A stretch of 64,000 nucleotides of DNA. It comes from Candidatus Latescibacterota bacterium (GTDB lineage Bacteria; Latescibacterota; UBA2968; GCA-2709665). Both the position numbers and the translations under genes were made by a program. The notes below the pieces were generated by a model. It was not told the origin of the DNA. It saw only the letters and a list, made by a program, of their open reading frames with translations, and did no database searches. The stretch spans positions 4,064,001 through 4,128,000 of the forward strand of contig OZ250150.1 in NCBI GenBank assembly GCA_965237675.1, written 5' to 3'. Shown piece by piece: positions 49,201-59,903 of the stretch. How positions within the stretch are numbered: the first letter of the stretch is position 1; the number at the start of each line of letters is the position of its first letter.

Positions 49201-50334
49201 CGCCGTATCGACGACAGTACCCGAGAATAGCGCACGGGCGATCCCGGCGCTGACGGACACGTCGGCCGTCTGGGGATCCAGGCCCCGTCCTTTCAGCTGA
49301 ACGGCCGCGTCGAACCGGGCCTCCAGCCCCCACTGCGGGCCGATTCTCGCCAGGTCAACCCCGGTCCCGATCGCCTGGATGTCGTAAGCGACGCCCTCAC
49401 GAGAGAATTCAACAAGCCCGGAAAGGTCGCAGGCGGCTGACCCGTAGTTGAATCTCAGATCCATGTTCACGCCGGAGGGATCGCCCCACACCCTGCCGCC
49501 TGCCGCCAGACTTCCCTGTGGATAGGTTCCGGGCAGAATTCGACCTATTTCGCCAAACGCAAGAGAATCCGCACGTAGCACGAAATCGTACTCGGGTCGT
49601 GACAGCCCGGTCATCGTTCCGTCGAACCGGACGTGGGAACCCGGCGTCTGCAGCCGAAGCCCCTCAAACGTCAGCCGTCCATCGGCAAGCAGGGTCAGCC
49701 CCGTCAGATCCCTGATTACCAGAGGAGGATCGAATAGAAGGGACCGGAAACGGCAGAGCGACAATTCGTATCCCGTCGGACCGGCCTGAAACCGCAGGAC
49801 CGCATCCAGGCTGTCGATCCTGCCGGCAGCGCCAAAGCGGCACCGGCCATCCACGACCTCCGCGTGGCGGATGCGAATATCCCATTTCGGACCCTCTGTC
49901 CACCACGCAGGGTCCGAGGCGGGCAACAGGCGAACGGCGGAATCCGCGACGGCCGCACCTACCGGGAGTCGGATCCTCGGGGCGACCAGGACGAGTTTAT
50001 CCACAATCACGGCGCCCCTGAGCAACGCCGTCAACTGATAACGGGCTTCCACTGCGTCCACAATCAGCAGCGGTTGGGATTCAGCGCCGAGGCGCACGCG
50101 TTCCATCCGGAACCCTGTTAAGGGGTTGCCACGAAGGGCGCCGATGCCCACGGCCAGTCCCAGATCCCGGGAGAGCCGCTGCTGCAGATAATCGCGCAGA
50201 TATGGGTTCATCCGTCCCGATCCCAACGCCAGCAGACCGATCCCCGCAGCCACGATCACCGCGGCCGCAAACAGAGTAGCTATTTTAACGATCCGTCTCA
50301 TGAGATTTCGATATGGCACGGTGAACCAACGCAT
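46288..50334 (-). CDS. tamB: Translocation and assembly module TamB
   Basis: N-terminal TM anchor, AsmA-like beta repeats, C-terminal DUF490-type region (DILSYLLIGR, GKY..FVSY). Confidence 0.88.
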   Translation of the reverse strand: MRWFTVPYRNLMRRIVKIATLFAAAVIVAAGIGLLALGSGRMNPYLRDYLQQRLSRDLGLAVGIGALRGNPLTGFRMERVRLGAESQPLLIVDAVEARYQLTALLRGAVIVDKLVLVAPRIRLPVGAAVADSAVRLLPASDPAWWTEGPKWDIRIRHAEVVDGRCRFGAAGRIDSLDAVLRFQAGPTGYELSLCRFRSLLFDPPLVIRDLTGLTLLADGRLTFEGLRLQTPGSHVRFDGTMTGLSRPEYDFVLRADSLAFGEIGRILPGTYPQGSLAAGGRVWGDPSGVNMDLRFNYGSAACDLSGLVEFSREGVAYDIQAIGTGVDLARIGPQWGLEARFDAAVQLKGRGLDPQTADVSVSAGIARALFSGTVVDTATLSASLRNGKLAIDVAAEGHAGRLTARLEVDRRGGEPFYELRTRLVHLDLTRVSRNLPPVVGLTGNIWLRRSGDGIWRGEARFDNLNIEGLPPAKGFVLRGSFRRGIVSFDSMGVRLSDGYGVVRGHGRIDLGQFWKPDGKQPTYRAGVRVDGLAVDRLLGRADLLEDVSLQIGLSGEGFHPDSVQVSADVIVDASRFLGGKLDSARASLVQHGRRTIVNRMILAGKRASVEGRGWIIPGDSLDIRANGQVYDFEALSGMVGPGLSGTPASVIARLGGTWSKPVVRVDLEADSLNYRDVKIKGVKAGMRWQSPAQPGLFFRGESVVWGDRVIRDVSLDLGLDEAGVSFVMGSRADDIDYLHLRGRAGTSNAEYWIDLDSLAVHVGDATLLNDGPCRLRYLPDAGVSVERFRMVGTGGRIRASGHSGEPAGVTLQLEDVDLGTWAFLAGLEGEVSGTMKGEATFSGTLQDPRLETGFDLKDGTVRGVSIANLSGTASYGNDRTTFDLKVVQSSGREAVVRGKFPLDIFAGRREDLFPDGPVQVSLESDGVDLDFLPHVIPEVRNAGGHLAMNLNVRGTPRALRQNGWVRLRDGTARIAPLNKTFKNVEAELSFEDNGNVLGRLEAVDGKGRLALSGRAKLGENAMEDYDIAFQAKEFKVIDLPELKATLNAELKLHGNAEGGRIEGKAGLTRAVLRLSDFIEYPTDVSWTTSPFFRNLNCDIRVSASRNVWIRDRNLNVEISGDVDLVKDQEGLRVYGSLDSRQGRYEFQNSSFAIDRGEINFRGSSDINPDLYIIATRRVRLVSNENAVISVVVGGTLLEPNISLESDTTPPLAEADILSYLLIGRPADDVSGLMRGEGGAGGRLEGQAAILVLGVAANQLKRTIGQRLNLDVVEIDLGMGNSATRVRAGKYFGSRFFVSYAQDVSKATGREVVVEYELLPQVTLEAQQREGNERERDRKSLGLFWKKEW

Positions 50335-50388
50335 GCTTCAGATAGGGTCAATGTACGGGTCGTTTCCGTCCGGCCCTCACATGACACT

Positions 50389-52143
50389 TCAGAACGCCTG
50401 TCCCAGGCTGAAATAAATCTGTCGCCGGGGCTCGCACCGATCGTCCGATAGCCGGTACGCGACGTCGATCCTCACGGGGCTGATGGGATTCAGATAGCGC
50501 ACGCCCATGCCTGCCGCCAGCCGCAGACGGCCTGGATCGAAGGCCCCGATCCGATCCGATCCCACGTTGCCCGCGTCCATGAAAACGGCTATACCCAGCC
50601 CGGGCATTAACCGGGTACGCACTTCGAAGCTTCCTTCCAGCAGGCTCCTGCCGCCCACCGGATCGCTGTTTGCATCCCGGGGGCCGAGCCGGTTCAAGCT
50701 CCATCCCCGCACGCTGTTCGCCCCACCCGCGAAAAACCGCTCGAAATTGGGGATCGACTCGACCGTTCCGAGGTTCAGGATCATTCCACCGGATACCCTA
50801 AGTGCAAGTACGCTCTTCCAGAATACCTTCCGGTACCAGCGACCCTCCCCCGACACTTTGAGGAATTCTCTGTCAGCCGACGCTTTGACCGCGAGTTCGG
50901 CCAACAAGCCCCGCTGCGGGTCGAAAAAATCGTCTCGTCTATCTTCCAGGTATTCTGCCGAAAGCGTCGTGCGGGTGCTGTCCAACTCGAACTCGACGAC
51001 TTCAGTCCTCACCTGAAAGACGACTCGCCCGGTGGCCCGGAAGGTCCGTTCCAATGCCGCGCTGGCCCCTCCACGCTTCACCCGGACCTCCTTCGGTCGT
51101 TCCTGCTCCACAAACCCCGTCATCTCCAGCCATGTCCTGCTCCCGAGGATGTACGGCTGGCGAATTCCAACCGTCGCTTGAGCTTCCAGCGCCGAAGCGG
51201 AGGACTCGATGGTCAACTGGCGTGCGCCTCCTCCCAGAAAACTCCGGTGCCGCCACGCCAGCAAACCCCTAAGCTGTTCCTCGGTATCGTAACCCGCCCC
51301 CAATTTCAGGCTGCGGGCCGGGCGCTCCCGAACGACAACGGATACACCCACAGGGCTTGCCACGGCAACCGTATCGGGCAGTCCAAGTGAAACCGACCGA
51401 AATGCCTCCGACCGATAGAGTTGGAGTCGGCTGTTCAAGAGGTCCTTCTGCCTGTATGCGTCGCCTTCCCGAAAAGTCAGGCCCCGCAGGATCAGACCTT
51501 CCGAAACACTTCGATTACCCTGGATTCTCACCTGTCCGAACCGGCACCTGGGTCCCGGCGTCGCCCGGAACGTCACGATCGCCCGGTCGCCCCGCCGCGC
51601 CACTTCCGCCGCGACCTCCGCGAAAGCGTGGCCGTTGTCCTGAAGCCTGTCGGAAATCAGTTTAAGATCCGCCTCGCGGCCCATCCGGGTCAGCGGACGA
51701 TCCGGCCTGGTAATCAATGCATCCATCAGGCGCAGGCTGTCCTGCCCGGCGTCTGCCGGCACGACCTCCAGCCGGACGTCAGATACGACAACAGGCGCTC
51801 CTTCTTCGATCCGGATCCGAATGCGTACGAATCCTGGGCGGTACCGTTCGACGACCGTGTCCAGAACAGCTTCAAAATAGCCGCGGTCCGCGTAATGTGC
51901 CGCGATCCGGTCGACATCGGATCGAAAAACGAGCGCATCGTACCGCCGCTCCTCTGCACCAGGGAATATCCCGTACCACGGGTTCGCACGGGTATGCATC
52001 AGCCGCTTAAGTTCGCCAGTGGAGAGCACCCGATTTCCCTCGATCGCAATCGCTTCGACGATGGCAGACTTCGTTTCCTGTCCGGAAAGGGCAAGGGGGA
52101 TACAGGAAAAGACCATGGCGACGACGGCTCTGACATAAATCAA
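50389..52143 (-). CDS. tamA: BamA/TamA family Omp85 protein
   Basis: Three POTRA-like domains, RFFAGGANSVRGW, C-terminal FSLGQAF; upstream of tamB. Confidence 0.88.
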   Translation of the reverse strand: MIYVRAVVAMVFSCIPLALSGQETKSAIVEAIAIEGNRVLSTGELKRLMHTRANPWYGIFPGAEERRYDALVFRSDVDRIAAHYADRGYFEAVLDTVVERYRPGFVRIRIRIEEGAPVVVSDVRLEVVPADAGQDSLRLMDALITRPDRPLTRMGREADLKLISDRLQDNGHAFAEVAAEVARRGDRAIVTFRATPGPRCRFGQVRIQGNRSVSEGLILRGLTFREGDAYRQKDLLNSRLQLYRSEAFRSVSLGLPDTVAVASPVGVSVVVRERPARSLKLGAGYDTEEQLRGLLAWRHRSFLGGGARQLTIESSASALEAQATVGIRQPYILGSRTWLEMTGFVEQERPKEVRVKRGGASAALERTFRATGRVVFQVRTEVVEFELDSTRTTLSAEYLEDRRDDFFDPQRGLLAELAVKASADREFLKVSGEGRWYRKVFWKSVLALRVSGGMILNLGTVESIPNFERFFAGGANSVRGWSLNRLGPRDANSDPVGGRSLLEGSFEVRTRLMPGLGIAVFMDAGNVGSDRIGAFDPGRLRLAAGMGVRYLNPISPVRIDVAYRLSDDRCEPRRQIYFSLGQAF

Positions 52144-52497
52144 ATCTTTACATCCTGTTCAGTCACTCAACGGGAATGGACGATGGTTCAACAGATGACC
52201 AATCATGTTTCGGCGACGTCCGCGGGCAGGCTGGTCCGCCGGCGTGCGACGTCACGTCTGCAGTTGGTAGCTCGCCCGTCGCCGGCACTTCCTATGACGC
52301 CCGCCAATCCTGTCGGTTTCAGATCTCGGTCCCGAAGCGGAAGATATGTATCCGGTCTCCGGGCACAAGGGATTTCTGTCACGCCAACAGTCCAGACCGA
52401 CCCCGTGGAGCGCTTTTCACGGCCCGATGGGCGAAAAATGGTACGGCCCCTTTAACCGGCGTGGAAAAAGGGGCCTGAAACAGCGACATTAAGGTGC

Positions 52498-55128
52498 TCA
52501 CACACTCGCGACTGCCGCCTCGGGCGGGGGATTCTCGTGGTGGACGTCAAGCACGCCGTTCTTCAGATCGACGGTAATCCGGGCCCCGTCCATGATGTCC
52601 CCGCTAATGAGCGCACGTCCGATTCGAGTCTCCAATTCCCGTTGCAAGAAACGCTTGAGCGGGCGCGCGCCATAAACCGGATCGAAACCCTCTCGCGCGG
52701 CGAATTCCCTGGCGGGACCGGCGATCTCAAGGTCGATCCCCCGGTCTCCGAGGCGCTTTCGGAGATCCGCGGTCAATAGGTCCACGATCTTCGCGATTTC
52801 AGCCTGCGTCAAGGATTTGAATAGAACAATATCGTCAACGCGGTTGAGAAATTCCGGCCGGAAATGGCGTCGCATCTCGTCCAACACCGTCAGGCGGGCT
52901 TTTTCGCTGATCTCTCCGGTCCCCCCCACACCCTCCAGCAGGTGGGACGACCCGATGTTGGAGGTCATGATGATTACCGAGTTCTTGAAGTCAACCGTCC
53001 GGCCCTGTGCGTCCGTCAACCGCCCGTCCTCCAGGATTTGAAGCAACACGTTGAACACGTCGTGGTGGCCCTTCTCGATTTCGTCGAACAGGATCACCGA
53101 GTAGGGCTTTCGGCGGACCGCCTCGGTCAACTGGCCGCCTTCGTCGTAGCCCACATATCCCGGTGGCGCGCCAACCAGTCGCGAGACGGTGTGCCGTTCC
53201 ATGTATTCACTCATGTCGATGCGTACCATGTTCTCCTCGGAATCGAAAAGCGCTTCCGTGAGCGTCTTGGCCAGTTCGGTCTTGCCGACTCCGGTGGGCC
53301 CCAGGAAGATGAACGAGCCGATCGGCCGGCGCGGATCCTTAACCCCGGCCCGGGCCCGGATCACGGCGTCGGCCACCAGCGAAACGGCCTCCTCCTGCCC
53401 CACGACGCGCCGGTGTAGAATCTCGTCCAGGCGGAGGAGCTTCTCGCGTTCGCCTTCCACCAACCGCTTCACGGGAATCCCGGTCCAGCACGAGACGATC
53501 TCCGCGATCTCCTCCCCGGTCACCTCTTCGCGCAGCAGCCGGCCATTCCCCTGCGACCTCGCCTCCTGGGCAGACAGCGTTTGTTCCAGCTCCGGCAGCC
53601 GCCCGTGACTCAACTCCGCCAGCCGGTTCAGATCGTACTTCCGTTCAGCGTCTTCGATCTCGCGCCGCACGGCTTCAATCTGCTCACGAAGCGTCCGAAC
53701 CGTGTCGATCACGTCCTTCTCGGATTCCCACTGAGCCCGCATCGCGGCGGCCTGCGCCTTCAGATCGGCCAACTCCTTCCGAAGGTCTTCAAGTCTCTGT
53801 GCGCTCGCCAGATCCGTCTCTTTCTTCAATGCCGCCTCTTCGATTTCGAGTTGCATCACCCTGCGGGTTGCCTCGTCCAGCCCCGCCGGCATGGAATCGA
53901 TCTCGGTCCGGATCATCGCGCAGGCCTCGTCCACCAGGTCGATCGCCTTATCGGGCAGAAACCGATCCGATACGTACCGGTTGGAGAGCACAGCCGCGCT
54001 CACAAGGGCGTTGTCCTGAATACGTACCCCGTGGTGTACCTCGTATCTTTCACGAAGTCCCCTCAGGATCGAAATCGTGTCCTCCACAGAGGGCGCATCC
54101 ACCGTAACGGGCTGAAACCGTCGCTCCAGGGCGGTGTCCTTCTCGATATATTTTCGGTATTCGTCAAGCGTTGTCGCCCCGATACAGTGCAGTTCCCCAC
54201 GCGCCAGCATCGGCTTCAACATATTTCCCGCGTCCGCTGACCCTTCGGTACGTCCGGCCCCGACAATATTGTGCACTTCGTCGATAAACAACAGAATGCG
54301 GCCCTCGCTCCGGACAATCTCATTCAACACCGCCTTGAGTCGCTCCTCGAACTCTCCGCGGAACTTCGCGCCTGCCATCAACGCACCCAGATCCAGGGAA
54401 AACACGGATCGCTCCTTCATCCGATCCGGCACATCCCCGCTCACAATGCGCTGCGCCAGTCCTTCGACAACGGCCGTCTTCCCGACCCCAGGCTCCCCGA
54501 TCAGGACGGGGTTGTTCTTCGTCTTTCGTGACAGGATACGCACAGTCCTTCTTATTTCCGCATCCCGCCCGATCACCGGATCCAGCTTGCCCTTGCGCGC
54601 CTGCGCGACCAGATCCACACCGTACTTCTCAAGCGCTTCGTAGGTGCCTTCGGGTTCGGGGTTGGTCACCCTCTGATTGCCTCGTACACGGGTCAACGCA
54701 TCGAGAAACGCCTCTTTTTTGGCCTTGAACTCCTGCAGGATCCGCCCAGCCTGGGTATCCGGTCCCTCGCCCAGCAGCGCCAGCGCCAGGTGTTCCACGG
54801 AAACATATTCGTCCTTCAGCCGCCTTGCTTCTTCCTCTGCCTGCTGAAACAACTGCTGGAAACGCTGTGTCACGTACACCTGTCCGGGCTCCGCACCCCC
54901 TCCGGTTTGACGGGGCCTCCGACCGAGTTCCCGATCCAACTGCGTTTTCAGGGCTGCCACGTCGATCTGCATCCGCGCCAGAATTCGCGGGATCAGCCCA
55001 TCCTGCAGCTCCAGCAGCGCCAGAAGCAGGTGTTCGCCGTCTACCTCCACGTGCCCGTACCCGGATGCGCTCGTCTGCGCGTCCCTAAGCGCCTCCTGCG
55101 ATTTTTGCGTCAGTCGATTCAGGTCCAT
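52498..55128 (-). CDS. clpB: ATP-dependent disaggregase ClpB
   Basis: Two AAA+ domains ([16 protein letters not shown]) with long coiled-coil M domain. Confidence 0.97.
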   Translation of the reverse strand: MDLNRLTQKSQEALRDAQTSASGYGHVEVDGEHLLLALLELQDGLIPRILARMQIDVAALKTQLDRELGRRPRQTGGGAEPGQVYVTQRFQQLFQQAEEEARRLKDEYVSVEHLALALLGEGPDTQAGRILQEFKAKKEAFLDALTRVRGNQRVTNPEPEGTYEALEKYGVDLVAQARKGKLDPVIGRDAEIRRTVRILSRKTKNNPVLIGEPGVGKTAVVEGLAQRIVSGDVPDRMKERSVFSLDLGALMAGAKFRGEFEERLKAVLNEIVRSEGRILLFIDEVHNIVGAGRTEGSADAGNMLKPMLARGELHCIGATTLDEYRKYIEKDTALERRFQPVTVDAPSVEDTISILRGLRERYEVHHGVRIQDNALVSAAVLSNRYVSDRFLPDKAIDLVDEACAMIRTEIDSMPAGLDEATRRVMQLEIEEAALKKETDLASAQRLEDLRKELADLKAQAAAMRAQWESEKDVIDTVRTLREQIEAVRREIEDAERKYDLNRLAELSHGRLPELEQTLSAQEARSQGNGRLLREEVTGEEIAEIVSCWTGIPVKRLVEGEREKLLRLDEILHRRVVGQEEAVSLVADAVIRARAGVKDPRRPIGSFIFLGPTGVGKTELAKTLTEALFDSEENMVRIDMSEYMERHTVSRLVGAPPGYVGYDEGGQLTEAVRRKPYSVILFDEIEKGHHDVFNVLLQILEDGRLTDAQGRTVDFKNSVIIMTSNIGSSHLLEGVGGTGEISEKARLTVLDEMRRHFRPEFLNRVDDIVLFKSLTQAEIAKIVDLLTADLRKRLGDRGIDLEIAGPAREFAAREGFDPVYGARPLKRFLQRELETRIGRALISGDIMDGARITVDLKNGVLDVHHENPPPEAAVASV

Positions 55129-55212
55129 TTGGGGCCTCCTTATCTTATTCAGAGAGGATATCCGCCATCGCGTGTGGCCGGTAACCTTGGCAATTCAACC
55201 CTTCCTTTCAAC

Positions 55213-55228
55213 TGCAATGACCGTGCCA
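55213..55228 (-). promoter_or_regulatory. Sigma-54 (-24/-12) promoter of clpB
   Basis: TGGCACG-GTCA-TTGCA, exact consensus, 85 nt upstream of the ATG. Confidence 0.8.
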
Positions 55229-55481
55229 GCATACCGATCGGACAAAAGTTCCGATTAAAAACGATAAAGCAGCAAGAAATGGGTGTTTCATGCATCTACC
55301 CGCGGACGCTTCCACCCGCCGAGGATCGTGTGATTGGGCAGTACGCCGTGGTGGGAATTTCTGCACGCCTGCATATATGGCAGATCCGACGGTCGTCATT
55401 AGCAGTTGAATTCAGCCCATTCATCGGGTATCTTTGCAATTCACCCATCGCCCGCCACCACTCCGTTTTAAGGACCGCCGG

Positions 55482-56315
55482 ATGAAATCCGACTCCGAGG
55501 CCCTGGCCGTATTCGCCCCCGATCTCTTCGCCGGGAAGACCGCGCTCGTAACCGGCGGCGGACGGGGAATCGGCAGACGAACCGCCCTCGCGTTCGCGCG
55601 GCTGGGGGCGCAGACTGTAATCGCCGGACGAAATCTCGAACCTCTCGCGTCCGCCGCCGAGGAAATTACCAGCATTGGCGCCCGATGCCTGGCCCTGCCC
55701 ACCAACATCAGGGAAATCGAACAGGTTGAAGACCTCGTCTCCCGGGCGCTGGAACGGTTCGGCGCCATCGACTTTCTGGTCAACAACGCAGGAGGCCAAT
55801 TCCCCGCGCGTCCGTCGGAGATCACCGATCGCGGCTGGCGGGCCGTTGTCGATCTCAACCTGAACGGTACCTGGAACATGTGCAGCCGTATCGGCCCCCA
55901 CATGGCCGACAGTGGTTCGGGATCAATTGTGAACATCGTTCATATATACGCGCTTGGGCGGGGCGCTCCGCCTTTTGCCCATTCCGGCGCCGCGCGGGCG
56001 GGAGTGGTCAATCTGACCAAGACATTGGGCTACCACTATGCCGGTCGCAAAGTGAGGGTCAACGCAGTCGCTCCGGGCTTTGTGGACACCTCCGGCCTTC
56101 GGGAGCATGAGTTCAAGCCCCTCCAACGCGAAGATTTCGAATCAATGGCCCTCCGGGATGTCCCTGCCGGCCGGTTCGCGGACCCGGACGAGGTCGCGGC
56201 CATTACGCTCTTCCTGTGTTCTCCGGCCGCGGCATACATCACGGGTACGACGATTGTCGCCGACGGCGCGCTGTCTTTGAGCAATTGGACACCCTGGATG
56301 GAGCCGGGGGCATAG
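55482..56315 (+). CDS. SDR family oxidoreductase (2,4-dienoyl-/trans-2-enoyl-CoA reductase-like)
   Basis: TGGGRGIG, NNAGGQF, HSGAARAG; upstream TTGAAT-17-TATCTT at 55406-55434. Confidence 0.88.
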   Translation: MKSDSEALAVFAPDLFAGKTALVTGGGRGIGRRTALAFARLGAQTVIAGRNLEPLASAAEEITSIGARCLALPTNIREIEQVEDLVSRALERFGAIDFLVNNAGGQFPARPSEITDRGWRAVVDLNLNGTWNMCSRIGPHMADSGSGSIVNIVHIYALGRGAPPFAHSGAARAGVVNLTKTLGYHYAGRKVRVNAVAPGFVDTSGLREHEFKPLQREDFESMALRDVPAGRFADPDEVAAITLFLCSPAAAYITGTTIVADGALSLSNWTPWMEPGA

Positions 56316-56329
56316 GGAGGCCCACCGAA

Positions 56330-56374
56330 AACGACAAAGAGGCCGGGGATTTTATCCCCGGCCTCTTTGTCGTT
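56330..56374. terminator. Perfect 21-bp hairpin, probable terminator
   Basis: AACGACAAAGAGGCCGGGGAT-ttt-ATCCCCGGCCTCTTTGTCGTT just after the SDR stop. Confidence 0.75.
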
Positions 56375-56563
56375 CGACCCCGGTTCAACGGGTGCCCAAT
56401 AAGCAAAAATCATGTTCTTTGATTGATTTCAGAAAATGAAATCGACGAAAACGGAATATGCCATTTCGTCATATTGTTCGACAATTTTCCTGACAATTTA
56501 TGCCAAAATAGCATAAATAAAGGGCTGCGGGGCCGTCGTCGGTTCCTGGCCTTCACACCCGGT

Positions 56564-57370
56564 TCAATATCCGATCCGTCGTAAAAACGCATACGTCTTT
56601 CGGCTTCGCCTGGCCTCACTGATCGGATCCTCGGCGCCGGGTATCGGGTTTCCTGGACAACTCGTTACCCATCGGGAGAAACCGATCTCCTCCAGAACCT
56701 TTCGAACCGCCACGAAATCCACATCCGCGCCCTCCCCCACGTCGCACCAGATCGGATCGTACCGCCCGCTTTCATCCCGCGACGTGGTGGTATAGTCCTG
56801 GAGGTGCATATAATTCAACTGGCACCGGAAGTCTCGTATCGAATCGGCGGGATCGTATCCCCACAGCCTGGCATGGGACACGTCGATGCACAGCTTCGCT
56901 TTCCGAAGCTGCTCCGAGTAGAATTTCCATTCCGACACGGAATCCACCAGCGTATTGGTGTGGATGTGGTAGCTGATTTCCAGACCCAGCGGCGCCGCAT
57001 ACTCGGCCCACGCTTCCGCGCCCTCAGCCGCGGCCGTGAGGTCGCCTTCGTTCACCGACCGGTCTGCCGGTTTGCCGCCGCTCATGAACATAAAGCAGTC
57101 GGCCCCGATTTCCGCCGCATATTCCATCCGGCGGCGGTTTCGCTCCACGTGCGCCCAATCCCGCACGTCCGGTGATCCACTGGCAGTATACACCGCCATC
57201 GGCAAACCAGCGTTTTCGCATACCCGCCGCAACCGCGACGGCGGTCCCAGCCAGTCCGTAGACATCCGTCCCTCCCAGCCGTCCCATCCGGCCTTTTTCA
57301 ATTCTTCGAGCGCCGGTTCCAGGTCCGGTTCCTGCCATCTCAGCGTACTGTATCCCAGCTTGAATTCCAT
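56564..57370 (-). CDS. Sugar phosphate isomerase/epimerase (IolE-like TIM barrel)
   Basis: GWDGWE, YHIH, DVSH, MHLQD, VGEG.VDF. Confidence 0.82.
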   Translation of the reverse strand: MEFKLGYSTLRWQEPDLEPALEELKKAGWDGWEGRMSTDWLGPPSRLRRVCENAGLPMAVYTASGSPDVRDWAHVERNRRRMEYAAEIGADCFMFMSGGKPADRSVNEGDLTAAAEGAEAWAEYAAPLGLEISYHIHTNTLVDSVSEWKFYSEQLRKAKLCIDVSHARLWGYDPADSIRDFRCQLNYMHLQDYTTTSRDESGRYDPIWCDVGEGADVDFVAVRKVLEEIGFSRWVTSCPGNPIPGAEDPISEARRSRKTYAFLRRIGY

Positions 57371-57410
57371 GGATCCCCCCGTCTGCTCTTAACAGGAAAG
57401 CGGCGCGAGC

Positions 57411-59903
57411 CTACCGCACCCTCCGCCTCAACTCCTCCTGAGCCTGGTGAAACAGCGCGATCAGCCGCGCGCGCGTTTTCTCGTCGCGGAATACGCCGAT
57501 TTTCTCCGCCCAGGCGATTCCGCCCTCCATATGGGTCAATAGATATTCGCCTTCCGTGGGTTCGAACGCGCATCGATTTCCCACATCGATGTAGACCGGC
57601 GATGAATGGGCCATTACCGGGCCGGCGTCCGTTGCGTACTCACCCCAGCACCGGGCCGCCACCCAGCATGATCTTTCGACCTTCAAGTCGTACTCTACAG
57701 TCACCGTCCGACGGTCGCCGTCCGCATCCTGCCTGGTGACGCGCTTCCCGTTTATGATCAGTTCCACCGCGGTCAGCGGCCACACGCTCTCCGCTTTGGC
57801 GACCACTTCCACGGTTCCCCCATTACCCGGCAAAGCGATCTCCCCGCCCATCGGCGTACCCTCGATCCTGAGATCGATCATCGCGCCGGTACTGGCGAAT
57901 GTCGTCCCGCGCTTGACCGCTTTACACCAGTTCTCGAAAGTAAACCCCTCGGCAGGGTCCAGCTTCGCGTACGTGCGGGAACCGCCCAGTATTCGACCGT
58001 TGGACATCTTATCCGTACCGCCCACGATCGGGAGCTTCTGACCCGTGTTCAGCCAGCGGTAATACCCGCGTTCTCCGGCGCCGATCCGTTCGCCCAGCCA
58101 TATCCAGCACATTTCCGCGGCATCGGCCTGGCCCAGCACAATATTGGCGGCATTCTCGAAATCGGGCGTGGGCATGTGGGGCATGATCACCAGTCCGCCT
58201 TGCGTCCGGCAGGCTTCCGCCCAATCTGCCATCAGGCTCTGAATCTCCCCACCGATCCAATCCTCCTGAGGGCCTCCGGTACACATCGGCGCCACCATTT
58301 CCTTCAGACCCAACAGGCTGATGTGCCCCAGCACATGCTGCCGGTTTTCCTGGCTCACCCAGATCTTGTGGTACTCGCTGCTCGTTGGCGCCAGACCTCC
58401 CGTAAACTCCTCCCAACTGGTAAACAGGCGGCCCCACTGGCTGGCGAGAAGGTTCACCACGTTCAGGTCTTCACCGGCCGCCTCGAGATGGGCGGATTGT
58501 GAGGACAGAAAATGCACGTGGGTGTCGCCGGAATAGAAACCCCGGTCTTTCATATCGAATGCCCGTTCAATTTCCAGTGAAAGATCCCGCTGACCCGGTT
58601 TGACCTCCACAAGCTTCCGCACAGGAACATACTCGAATCCACGCGCCACCTCCACGTAAACCGGTCCCACGGGAAGTTCGACCTGGCAGGTACCGTCGAT
58701 GTACGCGTACGGCGTGCCATGCACCTTGCAGTCGCCCCCCATATCCTCGAACCAGGCGGTATTCACGTCCGCCTGGTGGCCATGTGGCGCGAAATAAGCG
58801 CCGTGAGGAGATCGGAAATGTATCCGGCATCCCACCGGCCGGCCGGCCGTCACGTCGTTCACGCTTACATGCACCCACTGCTTGCCGGCGGGGGCCACCA
58901 GGGCGACGCGAGTGGCGCCGCGCTGCACGGATTTCTTCTCCAGGACCTCCCCCCACGTGAAAACCGCGTCAGATTCCCCGCTCCGGATGTTCAGCCGTCC
59001 TTCCCGCGACCCATGGATTTCCAGATAACGCCCCTCCCGAAACGCCTGTCCGCCGCTACCCCACCCCGCCTCATCCGTCTCCAGATAGTCTTTTTCGGGC
59101 GCATAAAGGCGGTCCTGTCGCGCGATCACCCCTCGATCCATGTTGACCGCGATCTCGTCCTCGCTTTCGGTCGAAACGGCGACCTCACTGCGCGGATGCC
59201 ACACGAACGGGTCGTTTCCCTCATGGCAGAGTGTGATTCCGCCCAGAGCCATCGCGGCTTCACCGGACGCCACCACCTCGATCGTCCGAATGGTCTTCTC
59301 CGGATGCGGATTGACCCAGTCGTACAGCCACCAACCCGCCAGATCGCTGCTTTCAGACCTGACGCCCACTTGCGCCGGGCCGTAAGGCAATGACCGGTCC
59401 TCCAGGGTCACGGGGAGAAACTCGCGGCAATTCCGGCAGAGAAAGGGATGGTGGCCCCACGGCACGAAAAGGTCGTGAATCTCGAACCGCCGCCTCAGTT
59501 CCTGCTCGACACCATGCCCCGAGTCGTAGCCGATCCGGTATCTGCCGACGGCCTCGCCGGTCCCTTCAAGACTCGGACCAACGCCGTTCACAGGCGTACA
59601 GACGTGAGCGAACAACACCCGGCGCGCCTTCCGGCCAACGGCAATGGAAACGGACCCTGCAATCCGCTCATCCGGCCGCCCTGAAACCACGATAAACGCC
59701 GGTCCGCCGAGACTTTTCTCGCGGTCCGCAAGCGCGAACGGAACGCCCCAGAATCGGCAGTCTCCGCCCGGAAGGCGGTGTAAGCCATTGAAACCTGGCC
59801 TCTCCGTCGACGCGGGCCAGAGGTAACCATCCGCGGTCTCTATATTCTCCGTTCCGGAATTCAAACAGGCTTTCAAATCCAGTGGTTGAAACACGTCCGT
59901 CAT
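57411..59903 (-). CDS. CehA/McbA family (PHP-like) metallohydrolase
   Basis: SGDTHVHF, ENRQHVLGH, MPH, VGGTDKMS, RTY, AHSSPVY. Confidence 0.8.
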   Translation of the reverse strand: MTDVFQPLDLKACLNSGTENIETADGYLWPASTERPGFNGLHRLPGGDCRFWGVPFALADREKSLGGPAFIVVSGRPDERIAGSVSIAVGRKARRVLFAHVCTPVNGVGPSLEGTGEAVGRYRIGYDSGHGVEQELRRRFEIHDLFVPWGHHPFLCRNCREFLPVTLEDRSLPYGPAQVGVRSESSDLAGWWLYDWVNPHPEKTIRTIEVVASGEAAMALGGITLCHEGNDPFVWHPRSEVAVSTESEDEIAVNMDRGVIARQDRLYAPEKDYLETDEAGWGSGGQAFREGRYLEIHGSREGRLNIRSGESDAVFTWGEVLEKKSVQRGATRVALVAPAGKQWVHVSVNDVTAGRPVGCRIHFRSPHGAYFAPHGHQADVNTAWFEDMGGDCKVHGTPYAYIDGTCQVELPVGPVYVEVARGFEYVPVRKLVEVKPGQRDLSLEIERAFDMKDRGFYSGDTHVHFLSSQSAHLEAAGEDLNVVNLLASQWGRLFTSWEEFTGGLAPTSSEYHKIWVSQENRQHVLGHISLLGLKEMVAPMCTGGPQEDWIGGEIQSLMADWAEACRTQGGLVIMPHMPTPDFENAANIVLGQADAAEMCWIWLGERIGAGERGYYRWLNTGQKLPIVGGTDKMSNGRILGGSRTYAKLDPAEGFTFENWCKAVKRGTTFASTGAMIDLRIEGTPMGGEIALPGNGGTVEVVAKAESVWPLTAVELIINGKRVTRQDADGDRRTVTVEYDLKVERSCWVAARCWGEYATDAGPVMAHSSPVYIDVGNRCAFEPTEGEYLLTHMEGGIAWAEKIGVFRDEKTRARLIALFHQAQEELRRRVR

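Noticed and set aside
52260-52278. CAGTTGGTAGCTCG resembling a tRNA-fMet D-arm
   Set aside because: No anticodon arm, T-loop (GTTCRA) or acceptor stem follows
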